Positions 18,517 to 27,240 of a stretch of DNA of 64,000 nt are shown here, piece by piece. The position numbers and the translations under genes were made by a program. The stretch is from Rhodanobacter sp. (GTDB lineage: Bacteria; Pseudomonadota; Gammaproteobacteria; Xanthomonadales; Rhodanobacteraceae), in assembly GCA_027307195.1 (NCBI GenBank), contig DAHUXL010000080.1, forward strand, positions 17,466 to 81,465. The letters are read 5' to 3'. The first letter of the stretch is position 1, and each line of letters opens with the position of its first letter. The notes beneath the pieces were generated by a model, which did no database searches, was not told where the DNA came from, and worked only from the letters and a program-made list of their open reading frames with translations.

Positions 18517-19917
18517 TCAGCCCTTCTTGGCTTTGGTCAGCAGTTGATCGAGCAGCGACATCGCCAGATCGATTTCTTCGTGACCGATGTCCAGTGACGG
18601 CGCGAACGTGATCACGTTCTTGTACCAGCCGCCCACGTCCAGCACGAGACCGATCTTCTTGCCGTTGTGCTCGAGATCGCCGGCCAGGCCAATGTCGACC
18701 ATCTTGTCGAGCAGTTCCTTGTTCGGCGTGAAGCCGTCATCGGTGCAGATTTCGGCGCGCAGCGCGAGGCCGAGGCCGTCGACGTCGCCGATTTCCTTGT
18801 GCTTCTTCTGCAGGTCGCGCAGGCCTTCGAGGAAATGCGCGCCCTTCTTCGGCACCGTGGTCTCGTAGTCCAGCTCGTAACCCATCTTGATCACTTCCAG
18901 ACCCAGCGCGGTACCGAGCGGGTTGGAGTTGAAGGTGGAATGGGTCGAGCCCGGCGGGAAGATCGTCGGATTGATCAGCTCTTCGCGCGCCCACAGACCG
19001 GACAGCGGGTTCAGGCCGTTGGTCAGCGCCTTGCCGAACACCACGATGTCCGGCGTCACGCCGAAATTCTCGATCGACCACAGCTTGCCGGTGCGCCAGA
19101 AGCCCATCTGGATTTCATCGGACACCATCAGGATGCCGTACTTGTCGAGCACCTTCTTCAAGCCCTTGAAGAAGCCCGGCGGCGGGATCACGTAACCACC
19201 GGTGCCCTGGATCGGCTCGACGTAGAACGCGGCGTATTCGCACTGGTTCGTCTTCGGATCCCACACGCCGTTGTATTCGGTCTCGAACAGGCGCTCGAAC
19301 TGGCGCACGCAGCTATCGGAATACTCTTCCGCCGTCATGCCCTTCGGGCGACGGAACGGATACGGGAACGGCAGGAACATCGCGCGCTCGCCGAAGTGGC
19401 CGAAGCGGCGGCGGTAGCGGTAGCTCGACGTGATCGAGGAGGCACCGAGCGTGCGGCCATGGTAGCCGCCCTCGAACGCGAACATCAGACTCTTGCCGTT
19501 GCAGGCGTTGCGCACGATCTTCAGCGAATCCTCGATCGCCTGCGCGCCACCCACGTTGAAGTGCACGCGGCCATCCAGACCGAACTTCTTCTTCGCATCC
19601 AGCGCCACCGTCTTGGCCAGCTCGATGCGGGTCTGGTGCAGGTACTGGCTGGCTACCTGCGGCAGGCGGTCGATCTGATCCTTGAGCACGTTGTTGAGGC
19701 GCTTGTTGCCGTAACCGAAGTTCACGGCCGAGTACCACATCTGCAGGTCGAGGAACGGCGTGCCGGCGGTGTCGAACATGTAGCTGCCTTCGCCGTGACG
19801 GAAGATCTTCGGCGGGTCCACGTAATGCACGGTGTCACCGAACGAGCTGTACTTCGCTTCGTCGGCGAGCAGCTGCGCGTCGTCGATGAAGCCGGCGGCG
19901 GTCTTGTCGATTTTCAT
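18517..19917 (-). CDS. Class-III PLP aminotransferase (GabT/EctB-like fold, substrate unknown)
   Basis: GGYHGRT, YVEPIQGTGG, SDEIQMG, VFGKAL; start re-picked at MKIDKT. Confidence 0.9.
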   Translation of the reverse strand: MKIDKTAAGFIDDAQLLADEAKYSSFGDTVHYVDPPKIFRHGEGSYMFDTAGTPFLDLQMWYSAVNFGYGNKRLNNVLKDQIDRLPQVASQYLHQTRIELAKTVALDAKKKFGLDGRVHFNVGGAQAIEDSLKIVRNACNGKSLMFAFEGGYHGRTLGASSITSSYRYRRRFGHFGERAMFLPFPYPFRRPKGMTAEEYSDSCVRQFERLFETEYNGVWDPKTNQCEYAAFYVEPIQGTGGYVIPPPGFFKGLKKVLDKYGILMVSDEIQMGFWRTGKLWSIENFGVTPDIVVFGKALTNGLNPLSGLWAREELINPTIFPPGSTHSTFNSNPLGTALGLEVIKMGYELDYETTVPKKGAHFLEGLRDLQKKHKEIGDVDGLGLALRAEICTDDGFTPNKELLDKMVDIGLAGDLEHNGKKIGLVLDVGGWYKNVITFAPSLDIGHEEIDLAMSLLDQLLTKAKKG

Positions 19918-19972
19918 GGGGAATGATCCGGAATGATTCGGGGAATTCGGAGGAGAAAAATGCGCCGCGCAA

Positions 19973-20704
19973 TCAGGACAGCGCGTGCGCAGGCTCGTGA
20001 TGCCCGTGCCGATGACGCGCATGCTCGTGATGCGCATGGCTGACCAGGCTGCCGTCAAGCAGCTTCGGCAGGAACTCCAGCGCGTCCTCGAAGCCGGTGA
20101 TCGGCACGTAGTCGATGCCGGTCGCGCGGCAATGCTCGATCAGGCGATGCTTGGCGAACACGAAGTCGACGCGGTCGGCGGCACAGAAATCCGAGGCGCC
20201 GTCGCCGATCAGCAGGGTCTTCGCGCCGGTCGTGCGGGCCTGCGCCACGCAGGCGCACTTGCAGGTGCCACTGCGGCAACCGTCGGCCTGGAACGGCGAG
20301 GTCAGCTGCCATTGCTTCGGCGGCTCGGCCGGCGACAGGTGGTTCGCCGCCAGCGGCAGCGTGTCCAGGCCATAGCGGCCGAGAATCTTGTGGATCGCGT
20401 AGTCGAGACCGTCGCTGACCACGCGGATCGGCACGTTCAGTTCACGCGCCTTCGCCACGAACCCCGGAAACGCGTGGTCGATCCACAGCTCGCCCAGATG
20501 CGCGTCGAGTTCCGCGCGGGTCATCTGCAGCAGGTCGACCTGGCCGGACATGCACTCGCGCGAGCCGATGCGGCCGGCACGCCAGTCCTGCTCCAGCACT
20601 TCCCAGCCGGGACGGCCGAAACGGTCGAGCAGGGAGTCGATCACGTCTTCGACGGAAATGGTGCCGTCGAAATCACACAGAATGGTCCAGCCGGATTCGG
20701 ACAT
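19973..20704 (-). CDS. HAD-IB phosphatase (MtnX-like) with His-rich C-terminal tail
   Basis: CDFDGT, VSDG, IGDGASD motifs; tail HAHHEHARHRHGHHEPAH. Confidence 0.88.
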   Translation of the reverse strand: MSESGWTILCDFDGTISVEDVIDSLLDRFGRPGWEVLEQDWRAGRIGSRECMSGQVDLLQMTRAELDAHLGELWIDHAFPGFVAKARELNVPIRVVSDGLDYAIHKILGRYGLDTLPLAANHLSPAEPPKQWQLTSPFQADGCRSGTCKCACVAQARTTGAKTLLIGDGASDFCAADRVDFVFAKHRLIEHCRATGIDYVPITGFEDALEFLPKLLDGSLVSHAHHEHARHRHGHHEPAHALS

Positions 20705-20815
20705 CGGAAGCTCACGCCAATAACGATACTGCACAGGGTAGAAACGCTGCCTTTCGGCGTCCTTTCCCGCACCCGGCAAGTTCATCCTTCCGTACAGCCG
20801 ACTGTCGCCACCGTT

Positions 20816-20848
20816 GGTAAGCAAACCGAAAGCTGGGCGGGGTAGCTT
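20816..20848 (+). promoter_or_regulatory. Candidate PmrA/QseB-type box (weak) plus -10 for the PAP2 gene
   Basis: GGTAAG-N5-CGAAAG followed 10 nt later by TAGCTT. Confidence 0.45.
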
Positions 20849-20894
20849 TCAAGGGCGAAGACAGGCCCGCGCCTGCCACGTGGGGAGACATGAC

Positions 20895-21518
20895 ATGCCC
20901 GCATTGCGATCCTGGGTGTTCAGCGTCGCCATTCTGGCTTCAGGGAGTGCCTGTGCCGCCGGCGGCCCGTTGGGCATCGACCACCGTCTTCATTACGACA
21001 ACAGCGGCATCTGGAAGCGCACGAACCAGAATGTGCTGATGTACGGCACCCTCTTCACGGTCGCCGGAGGCGCCCTGGCCTTCGGTGATCAGGACAAGCT
21101 GGGCGACACTTTCTGGCGTTCCGTGGATGCACTGGTCATCACCAGCATCGGTACCGAGGCGATGAAACTCACGTTCCAGCGCGAACGCCCTTCACAGACC
21201 AGCAATCCCGATCGCTTCTTTGCCGGATCGCATGCGCAGAGTTTCCCGAGTGGCGAAGTGGCAGCCATCTCGGCGGCGGTCACGCCATTCATTGCCAACT
21301 ACGGCGAGGATCATCCCGCCGTCTATGCGCTGGCCCTGCTGCCGGTCTACGACGCGGTGGCCCGCATGAAGGTTCGCGGCCATTGGCAGAGCGACGTGCT
21401 GGTCGGTGCCGCCATCGGCACCGGTGTCGGACTATGGGCGTCTCATCGCAATTCACCGCTGATCATCGGCTGGCTGCCCGGCGGTTTCCAGGTCGGCTTC
21501 ATCCATCACTTCAAGTGA
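20895..21518 (+). CDS. PAP2-family phosphatase with PSGE variant motif
   Basis: KLTFQRERP, FPSGE, ARMKVRGHWQSD; signal-like N-terminus. Confidence 0.85.
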   Translation: MPALRSWVFSVAILASGSACAAGGPLGIDHRLHYDNSGIWKRTNQNVLMYGTLFTVAGGALAFGDQDKLGDTFWRSVDALVITSIGTEAMKLTFQRERPSQTSNPDRFFAGSHAQSFPSGEVAAISAAVTPFIANYGEDHPAVYALALLPVYDAVARMKVRGHWQSDVLVGAAIGTGVGLWASHRNSPLIIGWLPGGFQVGFIHHFK

Positions 21519-21561
21519 TGCCTGCGCACATCACGCGGGGCATGCAGCGCTGATCGGTATT

Positions 21562-21595
21562 CTTAAGAGAAAACTAAGCAGCCCGCCATCAAAAT
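21562..21595 (+). promoter_or_regulatory. Candidate PmrA/QseB-type box plus -10 for the RND operon
   Basis: CTTAAG-N5-ACTAAG followed 11 nt later by CAAAAT. Confidence 0.6.
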
Positions 21596-21600
21596 GGCTC

Positions 21601-23046
21601 ATGCACCAAGCCCGACAGCAGCGACACCTCCGTGCCATGCCGCCTCGTCCTCTCTCGCGTTGGTGCCCACCCCGCGCATCTCTCCTGATGCTGGGCATCG
21701 GCGTGGGGCTGATCTTGACCGGTTGCGCCACGTACGCGCCCCTTCCACTCGGCAGTGGTCAAGGCGCGCCAAGCGTGATGCAACTGACCGCACCGGTGGC
21801 GTCGATGCCGGCGCTGGCGCTGCCGGATCATCGCTTCGATCCCTCGGACGGGCTCGATGCCACCGAAGTGGCGATGCTGGCGGTAGTCAACAGTCCGGCC
21901 CTGAAGGTCAAGCGCGACGAGCTTGGCATCGCCCGCGCGCAAGCGTTCGCAGCAGGCCTGCTGCCTGATCCGCAGCTGAGTTTCAGCGAGGATTTCCCCG
22001 GTCACACCGACGCCGGCACAAGCAGCGCGTACAGCCTCGGTCTCAGCGAGGACATCACCGCGTTGCTGACCCGCTCGTCACGCCGTGCAGCAGCGCGCAG
22101 CCAGGCCGCACAGGTGAATCTCGATCTGTTGTGGGCGGAATGGCAGAGCGTGGCACAGGCACGATTGCTGTTTGATCAGGTGCTGACCTTGCGCGCGCAA
22201 CAGGCTCGGCTCACCACCGAGCAGGCCGCGCTGACCCCGCTCGAACCGTCCATCAACGCGGCCCTGCGCGCCGGCAATCTCACTTACGACAGTGCCAGCG
22301 TCGGTTTCAATGCCGGCGCGGATTTGCGCAAGCGGCTGGCCGACTCGGCGATCGCGCTGCATCAGGCGGAAACGGATCTGCGCGTCCTGCTCGGACTCGC
22401 ACCCGGCGCGCCGCTGGATCTGGTCGGCGCACCATATCAGGCCAGTCCGACGCCGGAGCAGGTGCAGCAGGCGCTGGCCGACCTGCCCCGACGGCGGCCC
22501 GATCTGCTCGCGCTGCAGGCCGGCTACCAATCGCAGGAGGCGAAGTTGCGCGCGGCCGTGCTCGCCCAGTTTCCGGCGTTGAGCATCGGCTTCAATACCG
22601 CGCGCGATACCAGCAACGTGACCACCCACGGCTTCAGCATCGGCATCACGCTACCGCTGTTCGACCGCAATCGCGGCAATATCGCGATCGAAAAGGCCAC
22701 CCGGCAGCAGCTGAAGGACGACTACGAGGCACGCATGCTGGAGACCCGCAGCGACATGCAGCGGCTCGTCGCCGATCTCGCCACGCTGGCGCAACAACGC
22801 GTGACGCTGACCGCCCATGCACAGCAGCTGGACGCGGCGCGTCGTGCCGCCGAAACGGCGTGGCAGCAACACCTGCTCGACTGGCCGACCTACCTCGCCA
22901 TCCGCGGCAATGCCCTGAGTGCCGACCTCGATCTGCTCGATCTGCAACAGCAGCAGGCCACCCAGGCGATAGCGCTGGAAGCCCTGCTCGGCAACACCGA
23001 TCTCGCCACCGCCCATCCCGTCTCCGTCAAAGCAGCCACGCCATGA
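21601..23046 (+). CDS. TolC-family outer-membrane factor (start 21601 or 21637)
   Basis: Lipobox LTGC, NSPAL, RRPDL, LPLFDRNRGNI. Confidence 0.9.
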   Translation: MHQARQQRHLRAMPPRPLSRWCPPRASLLMLGIGVGLILTGCATYAPLPLGSGQGAPSVMQLTAPVASMPALALPDHRFDPSDGLDATEVAMLAVVNSPALKVKRDELGIARAQAFAAGLLPDPQLSFSEDFPGHTDAGTSSAYSLGLSEDITALLTRSSRRAAARSQAAQVNLDLLWAEWQSVAQARLLFDQVLTLRAQQARLTTEQAALTPLEPSINAALRAGNLTYDSASVGFNAGADLRKRLADSAIALHQAETDLRVLLGLAPGAPLDLVGAPYQASPTPEQVQQALADLPRRRPDLLALQAGYQSQEAKLRAAVLAQFPALSIGFNTARDTSNVTTHGFSIGITLPLFDRNRGNIAIEKATRQQLKDDYEARMLETRSDMQRLVADLATLAQQRVTLTAHAQQLDAARRAAETAWQQHLLDWPTYLAIRGNALSADLDLLDLQQQQATQAIALEALLGNTDLATAHPVSVKAATP

Positions 23047-24107
23047 ACCGTTCCGTCCTCTTGCAGAATCTGTGCGCACTGTTGCTGGCCGGGTTGCTGG
23101 CCGGCTGCGGTCATGGCGCGGCGGATGACGAAGACGCCGCCGCTCCGGCGGGCCAGGTTGCGGTGACCACGGCGACACCGGTGCAGCAGACCTTCCACGA
23201 CACCGTCGAGGCCTGGGGCAGCGCGACCGGCGATCCGCAGCACGCACGCACGATCAGTCTCGCGCACGGCGGCCAGGTGATTGCGGTGAATGTGACCGCC
23301 GGCCAGACCGTCAAGCGCGGCCAACCACTGCTGACGGTCACGCCCGATCCGGCGGCGCGCAACACCTACCAGCAGGCGCAGAGTGCGCTGACCCTGGCCA
23401 GCGGCGAGCTCAAGCGCACCGAACAACTGGCCGCACAACGGCTGGCCACGCAGTCGCAACTGGCCGCTGCACACAAGGTGCTGACTGACGCACAGACTGC
23501 ACTCGATGCGCAGCATGCGCTCGGCGGCGGCACGGCCGAGGAAGCCCTCACGGCACCCGCCGATGGTGTGGTCACGACGCTCAGCGTGGGACTGGGCGAT
23601 CGCTTTGCGGCGAATGCCCCGCTGCTCGGCTTCACGCCCGCACACGCGCTGGTCGCCCAGCTCGGCGTGCAACCGGAGGATGCGGCGAAGCTGCATGCGG
23701 GCATGCCGGTGCAACTGCGCAACGTGTATGGCGCGACCGGATTTGCCGGCACGCTGCGCATGATCGGGCAGTCGGTGGATCCGCAGAGTCACCTGCTGAG
23801 CGCCCAGGTCGAGCTTCCCGCCGAAGCCAGTGCGACGCTGATGGCCGGCACCGCCCTCGATGCGCAGATCCGCACGGCCGATTTTACTGCATGGGCCGTC
23901 CCGCGCGCCGCGGTGCTGCATGACGGACACGGCGATTATCTGTTCCGGGTCGAACACGGCCACGCCAAACGCATTGGTGTGACGCTGCGCAGCCCCGATG
24001 GCGACACCGTCGGCGTGCAGGGTGCGCTCGATGCGCAGACCAGAGTGATCGTGCTCGGCGCCTACGAGCTCGCCGATGGCGATGCGGTGCGGGAGTCCGC
24101 CAAGTGA
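23043..24107 (+). CDS. RND membrane-fusion (periplasmic adaptor) protein
   Basis: ATGA overlap, lipobox LAGC, GQTVKRGQPLL, APADGVV, VPRAAV. Confidence 0.9.
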   Translation: MNRSVLLQNLCALLLAGLLAGCGHGAADDEDAAAPAGQVAVTTATPVQQTFHDTVEAWGSATGDPQHARTISLAHGGQVIAVNVTAGQTVKRGQPLLTVTPDPAARNTYQQAQSALTLASGELKRTEQLAAQRLATQSQLAAAHKVLTDAQTALDAQHALGGGTAEEALTAPADGVVTTLSVGLGDRFAANAPLLGFTPAHALVAQLGVQPEDAAKLHAGMPVQLRNVYGATGFAGTLRMIGQSVDPQSHLLSAQVELPAEASATLMAGTALDAQIRTADFTAWAVPRAAVLHDGHGDYLFRVEHGHAKRIGVTLRSPDGDTVGVQGALDAQTRVIVLGAYELADGDAVRESAK

Positions 24108-27100
24108 GCATCACCGCATGGATGCAACGACATCGTCGCTCGCTGCTGTTTCTCGCCTTGATGCTGACGATCGGCGGTATCGCCAGCGCGCTGTGGATGC
24201 CGGTGGCGCTGTTTCCGAACGTGGCGTTCCCGCGCGTGCAGGTCACCCTGGATGCAGGCGACCGCCTGGCCGACCAGATGGCGATCGAGGTGACCACCCC
24301 GGTTGAAGAGGCGGTCCGCCGCGTGCGGGGCGTACGCGACGTGCGTTCCACCACCAGCCGCGGCAGTGCCGATATCGCGGTGACGTTCGACTGGGGTGCG
24401 GACATGAGCGCGGCACTGCAGGAGGTCAACGCCGCGGCCGGACAGGTGTTGCCTCAGCTGCCTGCCGGCACCCAGTTGTCCACCCGGCGGATGGATCCCA
24501 CCACGTTCCCGGTGCTGGCCTACAGCCTGCGCTCGCACACACTGTCGCCGAGCGCGATGCACGACCTGGCCGAATATCAGCTGCGCCCATTGCTGAGTGG
24601 CATCAATGGTGTCGCCAGCGTCAACGTGCAGGGCGGCGAAGTGGCCGAGTTCCATGCCGATGTCGATCCCGGCAAGCTGCGCGCGTTGAACCTGAGCCTG
24701 GGCGATGTCGCCGGTGCAGTCGGTCATGCGGCGACGATCGAGGCGATGGGTCGCGTTTCCGATCACTACAAGCTGTATCTGTTGCTGGCGAACAACCAGC
24801 CGACCACCGTCGCCGCGCTGCGCAACGTCGTGGTGCGTGCCGGCCCCGCCGGAGTGGTTCGGCTGGCTGATGTGGCGACGGTCAGCCTCGACCATGTGCC
24901 GCAGTGGATCCGCGTCAATGCGGATGGCCAGAATGCCGTGCTGTTGCAGGTCTATCAGCAGCCCGACGGCAACAGCGTGCAGATCGCCAACGATGTGAAG
25001 CAACGGCTGGCCGACTACGCAGCGCAGATGCCGGCTGGCGTACAGATCGCCAACTGGTACGACCAGACCCAGCTGGTGACCGGTGCGGCCGCCAGCGTGC
25101 GCGACGCGATCCTGATCGGCATCGTGCTGGCCGGACTGGTGCTGTTCGTGTTCCTGCGCAACACGCGGGTGATCCTGGTCGCGATGATCGTGGTGCCGGC
25201 GGTGCTGGCGATCACCGTGCTGCTGCTGTCCGTGCTGGGCATGAGCTTCAACATGATGACGCTCGGCGGCATGGCCGCGGCGGTCGGCCTGATCATCGAC
25301 GACGTCATCGTGATGCTCGAACACATCATGCGCCGGCTCAATCAGGGCGAAGGCGAAGTGCACGAACGCATTGCCGGCGCCGCGTGGGAGTTCACCCGGC
25401 CCCTGACCGGTTCCAGCGCGGCCACCGTGGTGATCTTCCTGCCGCTGGCGTTCCTGACCGGTGTCACCGGCGCGTTCTTCAAGGCGCTGTCGCTGACCAT
25501 GGCCAGCGCGCTGATCATTTCCTATCTGCTGACCTGGATCGCAGTGCCGCTGCTGGCCGAACGCTTCCTCGACAAGCGTCACTTGGTCGAACATCCGCAA
25601 GGTCGTTTTACCAAGGGCATGATGGAGCGCTATCAGAGCGTGCTGCAGCGCTGGCTGAAGCGGCCTTTGCTGGTGTTGTTGCTGGTCGTGCCGTTGCTGC
25701 TGCTGGGCGGCGTGGCCTATACGCAGGTTGGCACCGGCTTCATGCCGAAAATGGATGAGGGCGGCTTCATCCTCGATTACCTGTCCAAGCCCGGCACCTC
25801 GCTGGAGGAAACCGACCGCCTGCTTCGGCAGGTCGAGACGATCATCCGCGCGAACCCGAATGTCGATACCTATTCGCGGCGCACCGGTCTGCAACTGGGC
25901 GGCGGCCTCACCGAGGCGAATCAGGGCGACTTCTTCGTGCGCCTGAAAAACGGCTCGCGTCCCTCCACCGAAGAGGTGATGACGCAGGTGCGCACCGAGG
26001 TCGAGCAGAAAGTGCCGGGGCTGGACATCGAGTTGTCGCAGTTGATGGAGGATCTGATCGGCGACCTGGTGGCGGTGCCGCAGCCGATCGAGATCCAGCT
26101 GTACAGCGATGATCCGGTGGAGTTGAACGCCGCCGCCAGCAAGGTCGCCGACGCGATCAGCAAGATCACCGGCGTGGTCGGCGTGCGCAACGGCATCAAT
26201 CCCGCCGGCGATGCGCTGACCGTGCATGTCGATCCGGCCAAGGCCGCGCTGGAAGGGCTAGATCCGACCAGCGTCACCGATCAGGTCGCAGCGGCAATCG
26301 ATGGCACGGTGGCTGCCCAATTGCCCGAAGGCAGCAAGGTGGTCGGTGTACGCGTGCGTCTGCCGGAGAACTCGCATCAGCGGCTGGAACAGGTCGCCGC
26401 GTTGCCGATACGCGCGGCCGACGGCCACCTGCTGCCGCTGTCGCGAGTGGCCACGCTGCAGCAGGTGCAGGGCCAGCCGGAAATCACCCGCGACAATCTC
26501 AAGCGGATGGTCGCGGTCATCGGCCTGATCAGCGGGCGCAGCCTCGGCTCCACCATCGTCGACGTCAAGAAGGTACTGGCCCAGCCGGGCTTGTTGCCGA
26601 AAGGCATGTTCGTCCAGCTCGGCGGCCTGTACCAGCAACAGCAGCAGGCATTCCGCGGGTTGACCATCGTGATGCTGGCGGCGATCGCACTGGTGTTCAC
26701 CCTGCTGCTGTTCCTGTATGAGAGTTTCCGCGTCGCGCTGACGATTCTGGCGATGCCGCTGCTGGCGATCCCGGCGGTGTTCACCGGGCTGTGGCTGACC
26801 GGCATCGAACTCAACATCTCGGCGATGATGGGCATGACGATGATCGTCGGCATCGTCACCGAAGTGGCGATCTTCTATTTCTCCGAGCTGGAGGAGGCCG
26901 CCGCCGATGCGCCGCTGCATGACGCCTTGCACGAGGCCGGCCAGCACCGCACGCGGCCGATCCTGATGTCCACGCTGGCGGCGATCCTCACCCTGCTGCC
27001 GCTGGCGCTCGCGCTCGGCCAGGGTTCGCAGATGCAGCAGCCACTGGCGGTGGCGATCATCGCCGGCCTGCTGGTGCAGGTGCCGCTGGTGCTGCTGGTG

Positions 27101-27154
27101 ATGCCGGTGCTGTATTCGCTGTTGCGGCGTCGTGATACGGCAAAGGCCAGCTAA
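24104..27154 (+). CDS. RND efflux permease (AcrB/CusA superfamily)
   Basis: 1016 aa, two large periplasmic loops, TM4 GLIIDDVIV, TM11 RTRPILMS. Confidence 0.95.
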   Translation: MSITAWMQRHRRSLLFLALMLTIGGIASALWMPVALFPNVAFPRVQVTLDAGDRLADQMAIEVTTPVEEAVRRVRGVRDVRSTTSRGSADIAVTFDWGADMSAALQEVNAAAGQVLPQLPAGTQLSTRRMDPTTFPVLAYSLRSHTLSPSAMHDLAEYQLRPLLSGINGVASVNVQGGEVAEFHADVDPGKLRALNLSLGDVAGAVGHAATIEAMGRVSDHYKLYLLLANNQPTTVAALRNVVVRAGPAGVVRLADVATVSLDHVPQWIRVNADGQNAVLLQVYQQPDGNSVQIANDVKQRLADYAAQMPAGVQIANWYDQTQLVTGAAASVRDAILIGIVLAGLVLFVFLRNTRVILVAMIVVPAVLAITVLLLSVLGMSFNMMTLGGMAAAVGLIIDDVIVMLEHIMRRLNQGEGEVHERIAGAAWEFTRPLTGSSAATVVIFLPLAFLTGVTGAFFKALSLTMASALIISYLLTWIAVPLLAERFLDKRHLVEHPQGRFTKGMMERYQSVLQRWLKRPLLVLLLVVPLLLLGGVAYTQVGTGFMPKMDEGGFILDYLSKPGTSLEETDRLLRQVETIIRANPNVDTYSRRTGLQLGGGLTEANQGDFFVRLKNGSRPSTEEVMTQVRTEVEQKVPGLDIELSQLMEDLIGDLVAVPQPIEIQLYSDDPVELNAAASKVADAISKITGVVGVRNGINPAGDALTVHVDPAKAALEGLDPTSVTDQVAAAIDGTVAAQLPEGSKVVGVRVRLPENSHQRLEQVAALPIRAADGHLLPLSRVATLQQVQGQPEITRDNLKRMVAVIGLISGRSLGSTIVDVKKVLAQPGLLPKGMFVQLGGLYQQQQQAFRGLTIVMLAAIALVFTLLLFLYESFRVALTILAMPLLAIPAVFTGLWLTGIELNISAMMGMTMIVGIVTEVAIFYFSELEEAAADAPLHDALHEAGQHRTRPILMSTLAAILTLLPLALALGQGSQMQQPLAVAIIAGLLVQVPLVLLVMPVLYSLLRRRDTAKAS

Positions 27155-27182
27155 GGCGCGCATAAGCCGGTGCCGGCATGCT
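27150..27182 (+). promoter_or_regulatory. Candidate PmrA/QseB-type box plus -10 for the YncE-like gene
   Basis: GCTAAG-N5-CATAAG followed 10 nt later by CATGCT. Confidence 0.5.
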
Positions 27183-27240
27183 GCGACGACCATACCCGCC
27201 CCTTCATGCTCATCGAACCACGCTCATTCGAGGTGCCACC

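Noticed and set aside
19949-20043. Strong GGAGGAG Shine-Dalgarno plus ATG (19960) opening a 27-aa plus-strand ORF, next to GGAATGAT 10-bp repeats
   Set aside because: Antisense to the HAD His-tail, low complexity, no promoter evidence; most likely the mirror of a pyrimidine-rich leader on the minus strand
18517-20704. Naming these genes ectB/gabT and mtnX
   Set aside because: Fold-level similarity only; pathway partners are absent from the window, so no symbols were assigned
24062-26227. Very long antisense or alternate-frame ORFs (also 16862-18517, 32252-34291, 41765-43105, 48313-49539, 52196-54688, 62059-62550 extension)
   Set aside because: They shadow well-supported genes on the other strand or frame, have no family motifs, and are expected from stop-codon scarcity at high GC
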